A stretch of DNA of 64,000 nt from Amoebidium appalachense (Eukaryota; Protista; Ichthyosporea). Position numbers and translations under genes: made by a program. Below are positions 1 through 14,361 of this stretch, one piece after another (positions within the stretch are counted from its first letter, which is position 1; the number at the start of each line of letters is the position of its first letter). A model generated the notes under the pieces. The model was not told where the DNA came from. It saw only the letters and a program-made list of their open reading frames with translations, and searched no databases. The stretch covers positions 7,499,962 through 7,563,961 of the forward strand of contig CAVNZM010000007.1 of the NCBI GenBank assembly GCA_963693365.1. Direction: 5' to 3'.

Positions 1-17
1 AACTGTATTACAAACGT

Positions 18-680
<663 letters not shown>

Positions 681-838
681 CAACGTGATCTTCTTCCCCC
701 CCCCCCCCCCCCTCTCCCCCGGCCCCCCCCCCCCCAAACATTCGATTTCTGCCTGAGCTTCCCATGTTGCTGCCTCAAGTCACTCCCCCCCCCCCCCCCC
801 TCCCCTCCCTCCCTCCCCCTCCCCCTCCCCCAGAATTT

Positions 839-1290
839 TTAAATAAAAACAAGGGACACTTCTTGACGGTTACTAGGTGCTGGTGTGTTGTCAGAGATCC
901 AATTTATTTGAAAGATGGCAATATACACATTGTGCACCCTGTTCCATTCAAAAGCCAGGAAGTCTGCCAGAGCCTTCTTTTGGGCTGCTGCCTCGGCCAC
1001 CTGGGCCTTTTCCAGCTGCTCCTTGGCCCCTTCTACAGTCAACCCTTTCAGTTTGCCCTATTTAACTAATTTCTTAGCCATTTCTTTCTGAAACTTAAGC
1101 TCAGCTTTCACGTGCTTCACATCTGCCTCTATATATCCGGCCCATTCATGGCTATCATGAGCTGATTGTGCACTGTCTGTGTTGTCATACGTGCTTTGAG
1201 AGAAGTCTTAATGATATTCACACCAGAGAAGCCACGTTCACTTGTTGCATTACTAATTGGGATTATTCTCACAATGTTAACCAACTCAAG
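839..1290 (-). pseudogene. hAT transposase C-terminal remnant (hATC dimerisation domain)
   Basis: Minus strand reads LVNIVRIIPISNATSERGFSGVNIIKTSLKARMTTQTVHNQLMIAMNGPDI, matching the PxSxAxxERxFS...K...R signature of the hATC domain. A frameshift and a stop follow before TVEGAKEQLEKAQ... Confidence 0.8.
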
Positions 1291-1441
1291 TACAAGTACT
1301 CAAGTATCGGATGCGCGACGATTACGATTTTTGGTGGGCCTGCTCCGACGGAGCATTCCGATTTTCGAAGAGGTTTTCCGAAACGGGATTTCGACTTCCG
1401 TTAATGGGCTCCACTGTCCTTCGAACCCTGGGTTATTTGAA

Positions 1442-1482
1442 AGCATTTTCCGATTTGGCATACTCTCGGTAGAATCACCCTA
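1442..1482 (-). mobile_element. hAT-type terminal repeat, 5' end of an internally deleted element
   Basis: Reverse complement TAGGGTGATTCTACCGAGAGTATGCCAAATCGGAAAATGCT is identical to 11664-11704. It starts TAGGG and lies about 150 bp upstream of the hATC remnant. Confidence 0.7.
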
Positions 1483-1937
1483 TACTGTAATGTATATGCG
1501 CCGTATAGGCGGATCCCCCTTGACCACGTACTATCACATATACATCTGATCGACTATGTATGTGTACACCTGCCGGCTTTCTGTTTGCGTCTCTGTTATT
1601 CGCCATAGTCAGCCATAATTACAGCAAGTTAGCGAAGTTTTTTAACACATAATGTTACATTTAACCAACATAAAGCCTCCTCATACGTTTACCAAACTAC
1701 CCCCGCTACGCACACATCATGCATATGTAGCTAGCGTATATGTAGCCTACTAGAGGTCAGCCGCGGCTCAAGAAATTGTTCCAAGTCCTTTTTTAATGAA
1801 ATTTAATTTTTTTTAATGCATAATGTCTTTGCCGTCGACGCAACTAGCGCTAGCCCGCAATGTTCTATAGTAGACTTGTAGAGTTATAGCAGTTATTGTC
1901 CGTTTCTCTTCGGAAAGCATAATACTAGGAACCCAAC

Positions 1938-2271
1938 ATGGATATCCTTGATGTAAACCTGGCAGAAGACCAGCTTGACCGTGGCATACAGGTGAGGTTT
2001 TGTGGGGATAGCTGGGGCATACAGTTGTATGCATGTCACCGATGTACCCATTCTTCAGTGTCACTCTAAGCAACAAGTGTTTTCTTCCTCCTGCAGAATA
2101 CACACTATTGTGACGTGAAACTGTTGACTAAGAACACGCGCGGGTTTGTAAAGGCTACATATATAACTAGCGCACACCACACACCCACACCCGCACACAC
2201 GCACACACTCACCAACACAGACACACACACACACACACACACGTTGCAGCACACACACACACACACGTTGC

Positions 2272-2340
<69 letters not shown>

Positions 2341-2344
2341 ACGC

Positions 2345-2426
<82 letters not shown>

Positions 2427-3151
2427 GCACACGCACACGCACACAAACACACACACCAACACACACACACGCACACGTATGTCCAGACGTTTAGCACTTG
2501 TGCTGAAATTACATCTCGGGCAGAAACAGGCACACCCACAAACACACAAACCACAAAAGGTCGGTTGCAAGCAGGGATCGTACAGCACCATAGGCATGCG
2601 TGTCCTCCAGAACACAACAGACTTATGTTCGTTTTTGATCACCGAGACTAAAATGCACACTTTGATGTGTTTGCTATTCATGTTCCAGGCACAACTGTGT
2701 ACTCTGTCTCATCATTCACTCAGGGGCGCTGTTTTCTGTGTCCACCTTAACAGGCCTGGCGGGCTGCTTTAAGACCGAACCGGGAAGGCAAGTTTGAGGA
2801 GATGAAAGGGTTGGACCATGGGGGGTTTCAACACCTCCGTTTATTCCGACTTCGGTGACGCCTGAGACATTATTGGGTGGGGTGACTACTCGCCCAAAAA
2901 GGATCGCACAAGCGACCATTGGACCATTTGGGGTAAATTTGGCTCGCTTTTTCTTTTCTTTGACGACTACGGCTTCTCCAAGCAGTTTCGGCAAAAAGAG
3001 CAGAGGGGGAAGGACGACCTGCCATTCGAAAACAAGCTTTGCCCCAATGTCGCTAATTTTTTCAGGCCTGTGTCCACTGAGGTCGGTGATGTAGTAAGAG
3101 CAATCAGTGACGGCTTGGTTGTTCGCTACCTCAAGGTTTTACCCCGTCCAG

Positions 3152-3184
<33 letters not shown>

Positions 3185-3563
3185 ACCAACCCCATCCACC
3201 CCCTCATCCCCCCCTCTAGCCCCCCCCCCCCCCCCCCCCCCTCCCCGCCGCGACCATTAAAATAACAGACTCACAAGCACACCTGGTGTTGACAAGTAGC
3301 TCTCCATTCCCAACCACCCCCCCCCCCCCCCCCCCCCCCCCCCCTTCACACCTCCCTGCCCGATTCCCACCATCGCCTCTTCCCCTCACGCACACATGTG
3401 TTTTATGTGATTGATGTGTCGCTCTCCTTTTCTTTCACCACACCACTTCTTCCCTCTTCTTCTCTCTCCCTCTCCTTCTTCCTCCCTCTCTCCCTCTCTC
3501 CCTTTAACTTCACCTCTTTCCCTACGTCCACTTCTCTGTGGGAATTGGCAAACTTCGGGTGTT

Positions 3564-3634
<71 letters not shown>

Positions 3635-4075
3635 CCACACTTTGGTCAGCGTATTCGTTTGCCTGCTCTCACATGGCATGATATGACCCAGTCATCTCAC
3701 AACTCTGCCTCTTTCTTCCAGTAGCCCCTCCTGTGCACGATATCTCAGGAGATTCTGAAATACTCTCGGTTGCCGATTCTGAAAAACTCTCGGTTGCCGA
3801 TTCCCTGGATGTGGCGGTTGAGGATGGCGCTGCTTCATATCATGGTAAGTTTTCTGCCCCTGTCTTCCTGCTCCATACCACATGTGGCCTTATTGCCAAT
3901 ACCAAACACCCTCTTTGCCCATGTTGGTGAATCCCTCACAAGAACCCTTTCCATGGCTCTCCCTCCCTCCGTCTCCCTCCCCCCCCCCCCCCCCCCCCCC
4001 TCATTTGCCACACAAACACGCACACCCAATTATACTCGCATACACCCTCTCTCCCTCTTCCTCTCCCTCTCCCAT

Positions 4076-4133
<58 letters not shown>

Positions 4134-5491
4134 CCCCCCCCCCCCCCCCCCTTGTCCCTCATTCTCTCACTCTTTTGTTGGTTTTTTTTTTTTTTTTTCA
4201 GGGGTATGTGTTTGGTTTGTTTGTGTGTGTGTGTGCGTTTGTGTGTTTGTGGGGGGGGGGGGGGGGGGGGGGGGGGGGTTTGAAGAAAAAGGGGGCACTG
4301 ACATTGGATATGGGGTTGCAGACGACACTGTTGGGAGCGTGACGGATGCAATGGCTGGCCTTTGCCTCTCTGATCCTTCACAAGGTGAGGGGGGGGGGGG
4401 GGTACACTGGATGTGAGGGTGGGTTTGGGAAGGGGGGGGGGGGGGGGGCCGTTGACGTTCTGTTCTTTTTAATGTGGGGGGATGACAAGAGGTTGGGTTG
4501 GGGGGGGGGGGGGGGGGGGCTGATGAGGAATCTGATGGGGAAGAAGGGGCCTGATGGGGGGTCTGATAGGGGGTCGGATGGGGAGAGGGGTGGGAGGAGG
4601 GGGGGAGAGGGGGGGGGGGGGGGGGGGGGGTCGTCTGATGGAGGGGAAGGGTCTGATGAGGAGTCGGATGGGGGGTCTGGTGGGACAAGGGGGGGGGGGG
4701 GGGGGGGGGATGGGCTGATGGGGAGGGGGGTCTGATGAGGAGTCTGACAGGGTGTCACATGGGGGCAGGGGTCTGATAAGTGGTCAGGTGTGGGAGGGTG
4801 GTCTTTTATGCGAATTGTAATGAAGGGTGTGGAGCCAAATTTGGGCCGGGGGGGGGGGGGGGGGGGGGGGAAGGGGGGAGGTACATTAGGACTGATGGGA
4901 GGTGGGGGGGGGGGGGGTGATTAGAGGTTGTATGAGAGGTGGGGGGTATGATGAGGAGTCTGAGGGGGGGGAGGGGGGGGGGGTCTGATGGGGAGTCTGA
5001 TAGGGGGTCGAATGGGGGTGGAGGGTCTGAGGGGTTTGATGGCGGGGGGGGGGGGGGGGGGGGGGATGAGTGATCTGATGACGTGTGGAATGGGGGTGGG
5101 GGGTCAGATGACAGGTTGAATGGGGGGGGAGGGGGGGTCTGATGAGGGGTCTGATGGGGGGAGGGAGGGGGGTCTGATGAGGGGTCTGATGACGTGTCTG
5201 ATAGGAAATCAGATGGGGGTGAGGGGTCTGATGATGGGTCTGATGAGGGGGGGAGGGGGGGGGGGTCTGATGGGGGTCTGATGACGTGTCTGGTATGGGG
5301 TCGGATGGGGCTGGGGGTCTGATGAGGGGGGGGGGGGGGGGGGGGGGGGGGTCTGGTGAGGAATCTGATGAGGGGTCTGATGAGGTGTCTGGTAGGGGGT
5401 TGAATGGGGTAGAGGGTCTCTCATTGGTGGTCAGGTTGGCGGATTCTCATGCGCGTTGTCATGCAGGGTATGGAGTCGAAGCGTGGAGGGG

Positions 5492-5523
<32 letters not shown>

Positions 5524-5680
5524 CTGGGTGTGAGGTTGTCGTGTGGGGGGTGATTAGAGGTTGAGGGGTGGGGGGTCTGATGAGGAGTTTTGTGGGGGGG
5601 AAGGGGGGGGGGGGGGGGGTATGGGGTCTGATGAGGCGTCTGATAGGGGGTCGGATGGGGGTGGAGGGTCTGATGGGTGG

Positions 5681-5711
<31 letters not shown>

Positions 5712-6117
5712 AGAGGAGAGGGTTCTGATGAGGGATCTGATGACGTGTCTGATAGGGGGTCCGATGGGGGTGGGGGGTCTGATGATGGGTCTGATGGGGG
5801 AGTGTGGGGGGGGGGGGGGAGGGGGGAGTCGTGTGGGGGGTGATTAGAGATTGGATGAGGGGTGGGGGGCCTGATGAGGAGTCTGAAGGGGAGGGGGGGG
5901 GGGGGGGGGGGGGAATCTGATAGGGTGTCTGATGGGCGGGGGGGTGGATGGGGTTACTGACAAGGAGGGGGGGGGGGGGGGGGGGGGGTATGCAGGGGTT
6001 GCTCGACGGGCCCCAGGCAAAAAGCGTGGTGTTCAACGCTCCAGTGCTGACCAGGAGGTGATAAAAGAGGCGATTACCAGCCAACCACGTAAACTGCGGA
6101 GTAGGAAGATATCGTAG
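1938..6117 (+). pseudogene. Multi-exon gene of unknown function, probably disrupted
   Basis: Exon-like blocks: 1938-1991 (MDILDVNLAEDQLDRGIQ|gtgag), from 2097 ([10 protein letters not shown]..), 2754-3135 (frameshift at G6 2820-2825, TGA at 2863), then phase-consistent exons 3722-3844, 4322-4384 and 5996-6117 (ends ..RSRKIS*). ACTGAC branch points precede the last two acceptors. Some internal donors are unresolved. Confidence 0.45.
4520..5940 (+). repeat. G-rich degenerate minisatellite built on GGGGTCTGATGA
   Basis: Many TCTGAT(G/A) cores separated by G-runs; lies within the predicted intron 4385-5995. Confidence 0.85.
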
Positions 6118-6468
6118 GACGACGCAAGCTGCACCGTGGGCATTTCATCTTTGCGTTTGGAGGCATAGTCTAAGAGCAGAATATAACACCGTGCACTGTG
6201 AAAAATTGCATTTTGTATGCTTTGTAACCCCATTTTGTATGGTTTTCATTATAAAGATCAAGACCGTGATGAGCTTGGGGTACCGTCGGCCTCATAATAT
6301 TGATTATTTGTTTTTAATTTTTGTTTGTAAATTTTTTATAATCACGGCTGCTCCATTACGATGGATGAATATTGCTTTTTCTTTTTTTTTTTCTTTCCAT
6401 TCCTTTTTTTTTTTATTTCTTTTCTTTTTTTTTTCCCGGTTGATACGGTTGGTAGAGCACACGCGCGC

Positions 6469-6558
<90 letters not shown>

Positions 6559-6609
6559 TACACATGGTTTTATTTTTTTGTAAATTTTTTATAATCACGG
6601 CTGTTCACG

Positions 6610-6697
<88 letters not shown>

Positions 6698-7229
6698 TAC
6701 ATGTGACGCACTGCGGACACACACACCCTTGTTAGTTCGTGCTTAGGCGGTGGATGTCAATTCTTCACGGAAGGGTGTGTGTGGTGGTGGTGCAGCTGGT
6801 GTGTGTGTGTGTGTGGTGGTGGTGGTGGTGGGGGGGGGGGGGGAGGGGGGGGGGTTCACATTATTTATGGGGTTACATGGGGCGCCACATGAGTGTGTAA
6901 CGACCTGAAAGAGCTGTACGTGGTTGGGCACACCGGCTCGATTTGTCATACATCAACCATTCAAAGCTTCTTGGATCTCTATGCCCCTTTCCAGGTCTTT
7001 GTGTGCAACTGATTTTCGTTGGCACATTGTGTGTGTGCATGTGAATGTGTTTGAATGTGTGTATGTGTGTTTGTAGCGGTGAGTGTGCGTGTGTGTGTGT
7101 GTATGTGCGTGCGTGTCATGGCTGCGTGTGCCCATCTGCGGAACACAATGTATTTTCATGTTGCGTACCGCGAAGAGTTGGATGTTACAGTAACACCGTG
7201 GCAAGTTACCAACAGTAAATAATGTGAGT

Positions 7230-7735
7230 GGGGGGGTATCATGAGGGGATCAGGTGTCTGATGTGAGTTGAATGGGGGTAGGGGGCCTGATATGTCGTCT
7301 GTTGGGGAGTGGGGTCTGATGTGGTTTGTCATGAACGATGTGGAGTTGAAAGGGGGGGGGGGGGGGGGATTGAGAGATTTGATGGGGGGTGGGGGGTCTG
7401 ATGAAGGGTCTGATGGTGGGGGAGGGGGGGGGTCTGATAGGGAGGCTAATAAGGGGTCTGAGGGGGGGGGGGGGGGGGGGGTCTGATGAGGGGTCTGATG
7501 AGGCGTCTGATATGCCATTGGGGTCGCCGGGTGGTGAGGCTGATCATGATGAGGGGTCTGATGGGGTGGGGAGGGGGGGGGGGGGGGGGAGGGGGGGGGG
7601 GGGGGGGGGGGGGGGGAATGAGAGATTTGATGGGGGGTGGGGGGTCCGATGAAGGGTCTGATGGTGGGGGGGAGGGGGGGGGGGGGGGCCTGATAGGGGA
7701 TCGAATGGGCGTGGGGAGGCTAATAAGGGGTCTGA

Positions 7736-7772
<37 letters not shown>

Positions 7773-7946
7773 CTGATGGAGGGTCTGATGAGGTGTCTGA
7801 TATGCCATTGGGGTCGCCGGGTGGTGAGGCTGATCATGATGAGGGGTCTGATGGGGGGGGGGGGGGTCTGACGAGGGGTCTGTCGAGGGGTCTGATGGGG
7901 TGTCTGATAGGGGTCGGAAAGGGGCGGGGAGGCTAATAAGGGGTCT

Positions 7947-7977
<31 letters not shown>

Positions 7978-8580
7978 TCTGATGAGGGGTCTGATGGGGT
8001 GGGGGGGGGGGGGGGGGTCCTCATTCACATGTATTGATGGTGGTGAAACAAGGATGTATGTGTGTGTGGGGGGGGGGTGAGGGGGGGAGGGGGGTCTGAT
8101 GAGGGGTCTGATGAGGTGTCTGATATGCCATTGGGGTCGCCGGGTGGTGAGGCTGGTCATGATGAGGGGTCTGATGGGGTGGGGTGGGGGGGGGGGGGGG
8201 GAGGGGGGTCTGACGAGGGGTCTGATGGGGTGTCTGCTAGGGGTCGGATAGGGGTGGGGTGGCTAATAAGGGGTCTGAGGGGGGGGGGGGGGGGTCTGAT
8301 GAGGGGTCTGATGAGGTGTCTGATATGCCATTGGGGTCGCCGGGTGGTGAGGCTGGTCATGATGAGGGGTCTGATGGGGTGGGGGGGGGGGGGGGGGGTC
8401 TGACGAGGGGTCTGATGGGGTGTCTGATAGGGGTCGGATAGGGGTGGGGAGGCTAATAAGGGGTATGAGGGGGGGGGGGGGGGGGGGGGGGGGGTCTGAT
8501 GAGGGGTCTGATGAGGTGTCTGATATGCCATTGGCGTCGCCGGGTGGTGAGGCTGGTCATGATGAGGGGTCTGATGGGGT

Positions 8581-8613
<33 letters not shown>

Positions 8614-8680
8614 CTGACGAGGGGTCTGATGGGGTGTCTGATAGGGGTCGGATAGGGGTGGGGAGGCTAATAAGGGGTAT

Positions 8681-8716
<36 letters not shown>

Positions 8717-9600
8717 CTGATGAGGGGTCTGATGAGGTGTCTGATATGCCTGCCATTGGGGTCGCCGGGTGGTGAGGCTGGTCATGATGAGGGGTCTGAT
8801 GGGGTGGAGGGGGAAGGGGGAGGGGGGGGGGGGGGGGGGGCGGGGGGGGGTCTGACGAGGGGTCTGATGGAGTGTCTGATATGCCATTGGGGTCGCCGGG
8901 TGGTGAGGCTAGTCATGATGAGGGGTCTGATGGGGTGGGGGGGGGGGGGGGGGGGTCTGACGAGGGGTCTGATGGGGTGTCTGATAGGGGTCGGATAGGG
9001 GTGGGGAGGCTAATAAGGGGTATGAGAGGGGGGGGGGGGGGGGGGTCTGATGAGGGGTCTGATGAGGTGTCTGATATGCCATTGGGGTCGCCGGGTGGTG
9101 AGGCTGGTCATGATGAGGGGTCTGATGGGGTGAGGGGGGGGGGGGGGGGTCTGACGAGGGGTCTGATGGGGTGTCTGATAGGGGTCGGATAGGGGTGGGG
9201 AGGCTAATAAGGGGTATGAGGGGGGGGGGGGGGGGGGGGGTCTGATGAGGGGTCTGATGAGGTGTCTGATATGCCATTGGGGTCGCCGGGTGGTGAGGCT
9301 GGTCATGATGAGGGGTCTGATGGGGTGGAGGGGGAAGGGGGGGGGGGGGGGGGTCTGACGAGGGGTCTGATGGGGTGTCTGACAGGGGTCGGATGGGGCG
9401 GGGGATCTAATAAAAATGGGGGGGGGGGGGGGGGAGGGGAGGGGGGATGGGGGCGGGGATTCTGATAAGGGGTCTGATGAGGGGAGGGGAGGGCTGAGGA
9501 GGGGTCTGATGGGGTGGGGGGGGGGGGGGGGGTTGACGAGGGGTCTGATGGGGTGTCTGATAGGGGGTCGGATGGGGAGAGGGGGTCTAATTGGTGGTCT
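7230..9600 (+). repeat. Higher-order G-rich satellite, unit roughly 180-240 bp depending on G-run length
   Basis: Repeated block TCTGATGAGGGGTCTGATGAGGTGTCTGATATGCCATTGGGGTCGCCGGGTGGTGAGGCTGGTCATGATGAGGGGTCTGATGGGG..GGAGGCTAATAAGGGG, about 9 copies. Confidence 0.95.
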
Positions 9601-10253
9601 GGTGTGTGTGTGTGTGTGGGGGGGGGGGGGTGGGGGGGGAGGGGGGGGGGGGGCTTATGGGGATTGTTATGTCAACGTGGAGTCAGGGGGGGAGGGGGGG
9701 GGGGGGGGGGGAGGGGGGAGGGGGGGCAATGAGATATTATTTGGCTGATACAGTAACTGCGTTTATGAATTGCACTTTCCACCGTCCGATTACAGTTAAA
9801 TGGATCCAAAGTGTATGTGTGTCTGTGTGTGTACACGTGTATGTGCGGGTGTACATGTGTGAGTATAAGTGTTCATGGCCCAGGGTGTTTGGTGGGAATG
9901 TGAGTCACAGTGTGTGCCAGTGAATGACTTTGTACGTATGGCGAAAGTTTCAGAAGTAAAGGTTTGCATTAAGGGCCCTATCCAGTGGGGCCTGCTCCGG
10001 TTGCACCCGGATTTCTCACCCGCAACTATGGTGCCAATACGACATCTTATAATTACTCTATATCATACACAGGCATCCTATCAGAACCAGATGCAGTATT
10101 CCCACTAGGTAAGACTTAAGCAATCAGAAAACAAGGGTTGGCAAACGGCTGGAAAAACTACAAGGATCAGACGTTAAATCAATAATGCATACGAACATGA
10201 ACAGAACATCTCAGATGTGCTACAAATCATTACTTTGCATTATGTTGAATAAA

Positions 10254-11312
10254 TCAAGCGTATGACTCAGTAATGAACTTGGATGGATGATGGTTCCAAA
10301 TCTTGTGGTTTCCTCCATGCGCTGGTCCCGAGGAAGCAACCTTCCTAACACCAACTTTCACGCCTGACCAGCACACCCCCTCATAGACCTCCCCATTGGA
10401 AATGAGTCTTAACAGAACACCCGGGGAGAAGCCCGTGGTGAAATCGGGCACTTTAAGAGGAGGATCCTCGGTCAACCCTAAACCCTGGCTCATTCTGTGG
10501 GCTAATAGGGCAACAGTCAGTATTCATAATTGTATAATGAGTTTGGTTAAGACATGAGCAAGATTGTTTGTGAGCATGCGTGATGTGTGTGATGTGTGTG
10601 TGTGTGTGCATGTAGCGTGTGTGTGTGTTTAGGTGTGGGTGTGTGTATGGGTATGTCTGCCTGGGTGCATAAGTGAGTGTACGTTTGCAGATGCACGAAT
10701 GAATGTATGTGTGCATGTGTATGTGTGCGGGTGCACGAGTGGATGGGTGTGTGCATGTGTAGGTGTGTGGGGGTGCATGCGCATGTGAATGAGAGGATGT
10801 ATTCGTGCACGTTTATGTGTGCTGGTGCATGAGTGGATGTATGTGTGCATGTGTACGTGTGTGATTGTGTGTGGGTGCGTGTGGGTATACGTCCATGGGC
10901 GCATGCGTGGGTGTACTTGCGTGCATGTGTATGTGTGCGGGTGCATGAGTGGATGGGTGTGTGCATGTGTAGGTGTGTGTGGGTGCATGCGCATGTGCAT
11001 GAGAGGATGTATTTGTGCACGTTTATGTGTGCTGGTGCATGAGTGGATGTATGGGTGCATGTGTACGTGTGTGCATGTGTGTGGGTGTGTGTGGGTATAC
11101 GTCCATGGTTACTTATCTCACTCCCCCCCCCCCCACCCCCCAACCCTTTTCCCTAAATTTGCTTTTTCTGCTTCCACCTCTCGCCCTCCATGTCTCTCTC
11201 TCTCTCCTCCCTTTCTCTCTCTGTGCGTGTGTGTGTTCGAGCATACACACATGAAACACCTAAGGGCGGGCAAAATGGGTGGCAGGGTCCTTGGGTTGGG
11301 CGGGAAAATCAT
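10254..11312 (-). CDS. Possible small two-exon gene of unknown function
   Basis: 11312-11260 (MIFPPNPRTLPPILPAL, AG|gt) joins in phase to 10494-10254 (RMSQGLGLTEDPP...TESYA*). TACTGAC branch point and CAG acceptor are present. No recognisable homology. Confidence 0.3.
10706..11108. repeat. Tandem ~200-bp duplication of degenerate (TG)n sequence
   Basis: Two near-identical blocks, each ending GTGGGTATACGTCCATGG. Confidence 0.8.
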
Positions 11313-11663
11313 TGTCGATGCGAGATGCAATGCGAATTATTATGTCGGTACAAGCAATGCGTGATTTACTAATGCAGGGATTTTAAAGCGGCGAACTTAA
11401 AAGACTTGTGGAAGCAAGCCGGGGCTCTCCGCATATGTGCTGCTCCGCGCGTCTGGGTATATAGACACGCTTTCGAGATGCTTTTGAGGGAATAGGTAAA
11501 GGTGGTATTGTGCAGTAACATATAAAGAAGGTTGATGTACTGCATTACAGGTGTATACATGTGCGTAGAAGGGAAAGTAGGGGCCTTGAAGGCGAGATTA
11601 GAAGTGGGAGAGGGCTACGCCGGCATGTGTGCGGGCTATATGAGGCGGTTCTCCCTAAAACTC

Positions 11664-11704
11664 TAGGGTGATTCTACCGAGAGTATGCCAAATCGGAAAA
11701 TGCT
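11664..11704 (+). mobile_element. Second hAT-type terminal repeat of the same family
   Basis: 41/41 inverted match to 1442-1482; the sequences diverge immediately inside. Confidence 0.7.
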
Positions 11705-12889
11705 ATTTGAAACGGAATGGTATAGGGAGAGAGAGACGGGCTGATATGCGGGCGTGTAGGGTTGGTACATATAATGCCACAAACACCTGCGTGAAAGGTG
11801 AGTTTTTCCTGAGCTCATAAAAGCTCTGAAATGGCCGGGGCATTGAAAGCGGCCCAGTATTACTAAATCGCTCTAAGTTCCAAGTTCTACTTCCAACACA
11901 CTCAAAGTGTAATATGATAATAATGTGCGTGTTCCGCGTAGTATAGGGAGGAACAGTACGGCCGCTGTACCCACGTACCCAGCCATGCATGATGTATCAG
12001 TGGTCACGGGCTCACGCGGCACTCACCATTTCAACATTGCTCTCTCATTGAACGGCTCTCTTCAAAAGGTGTTATTTTCGTTGTTTTGGAAAAAAAGTTC
12101 TGACACGATCTTTTGCAACGCTAGCAATTAGCATATATGATGGTCCGTAATGGTTCGTTTCAATATTAATTGTAAATTATGCATGCATGATACGGAACAC
12201 GTTCATTGAACACTGAGGCAACGTGATAGTAAATACGGTAAATCAAAGCAATATTAAACAATTTAACATCAATAACCAGAATGCTATATAATAATGACAT
12301 TGTAGAGAATATATGCTTTTGCAGCAAGTTTTGAACCTTGTAGCTTGGAATGTGCCTTTTAAACCGCCAATGACATGCGAGCATGTTTATCTGTGGAATC
12401 TCGTCGAGAAGGCAGCAGAAAAATAATTGGGCGCGCGCGGGCATGTCCCAACGCGTGCACTCCCTCAGGAGGAGCCTCTCGGCTGCTGGGCCGACGGGTC
12501 GGCCCCAAACTTTCGCCTTCATGATGATTGCCGCTCATGACTGACACTAAGTGGCCTAGGAAGGGCCCCGGATTCCGAAGCGTGCCGGAGCTGATCGAGC
12601 TCGAGTGAGTGAGAAGAAGGGGGGGCGGCGGGGTGGGGGGGGGGGGGGGGGGGGGGGGGGAGGGGGGGGGGGGGGGGGGGGGGGGGAGAAGGGGGGGGGA
12701 GGGGAAGGGGGTAGGGGGGAATCATCATGCATCACTGGACCCGGTTGCGTGGGCGGGTCACCGTGCACCACGCGTGGGTGAGAGTCGGAGAGGCTGAGAG
12801 AGACTAGAGAGAGACTGACTCAGAGACTTTTGAAAAGAGAGAAAGAGACGGTGTCAGCTTGAGTGTGAGGCTCTCTCTTCAAGTTTTCT

Positions 12890-13193
12890 GTGTACGTGTG
12901 TGCCACGCGTGACGGTGTAGTACCGTGATAGTGCGTGCGTGTACGTGCGTGTGTGTACCGTACTGTGACGTGTGATCGTGTGAGATCGTGTGTACGTTGC
13001 AGTGTGTGTGTGTACCAAGTTAGGCACGTAGTGTGTGCGTGTGCCAGTGTATGTGTATGTGTGTGTCGCAATGCGTATTTGGCTCAGTGTGTGTGTGTGT
13101 GTGTGTGTGTGTACGTGTGTGTGTGACACCGTGAGTGTCCGTGTGTGCGTGTGTGTGTATGCGTGTCACAGTGTGCACATGTGTGTGCGTCAC

Positions 13194-13252
<59 letters not shown>

Positions 13253-13283
13253 CAGTGTGATCCGGAGAAAGAGAGACCTTGAA

Positions 13284-13370
<87 letters not shown>

Positions 13371-13374
13371 AGAG

Positions 13375-13430
<56 letters not shown>

Positions 13431-13452
13431 GAGAGGAGAGAGAGAGAGAGTC

Positions 13453-13490
<38 letters not shown>

Positions 13491-13520
13491 TCTATAGCTA
13501 GAGAGAGAGAGAGAGAGACC

Positions 13521-13591
<71 letters not shown>

Positions 13592-13612
13592 CGGAGAGAG
13601 AGAGAGAGAGTC

Positions 13613-13644
<32 letters not shown>

Positions 13645-14226
13645 CTGGATGGAGCTGAGAGACTCGAGAGAGAGACAAACACTGAGAGAAAGAGAGAGAC
13701 TCTGAGAGATTCTCGGGGAAGGAGGGGGAGGGGAGATACTCTTGGGGAGAGAGAAAGGAGAGAGAAATGGAGAGCCTCGGGGAGGGCGAGAGAGAAAGGG
13801 GGAGAGGGAGAGAGAGAGGGAGGCTTGGAGAAAGGGCCTCGGAGGGAGGGGGGGGGGGGGGGGAGAGGGGGGGGAGGAGGGGGGGAGGGGGAGGGGGGGA
13901 GGAGGGGGAAGGGTCCGAGGAAGTGTGAGAAAGCCTTGTGAATGTCCCTGCAGCTGGGCGTTTTTTGGTCTCTGTGCACATGCTACGTAAAGACAGAGAC
14001 GAAAGAAAAAGGAAACACACACAAGTGATATCGATCACCTTGCATTCCCCCATCCTCCCCCCGTCCCCCTATATAGCATTCACGTGGCACACACACAAAC
14101 ACACACGCACACATCGCGGCATTGACACGTGGAACACACACACGCACATACATACATACACACACACAGACACACACACTGTGTCACACACACACACACA
14201 CACACAGACACACACAGACACACACA

Positions 14227-14315
<89 letters not shown>

Positions 14316-14322
14316 CTTAACA

Positions 14323-14356
<34 letters not shown>
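12890..14356. repeat. Compound microsatellite block (TG)n-(GA)n-polyG-(CA)n
   Basis: Directly visible dinucleotide and homopolymer runs. Confidence 0.9.

Positions 14357-14361
<5 letters not shown>

Noticed and set aside
7230-9600. Hammerhead ribozyme array or CRISPR array
   Set aside because: CTGATGA is present, but the unit has no GAAA core or pairing stems. The spacers are G-runs rather than unique sequences, and no cas genes are present.
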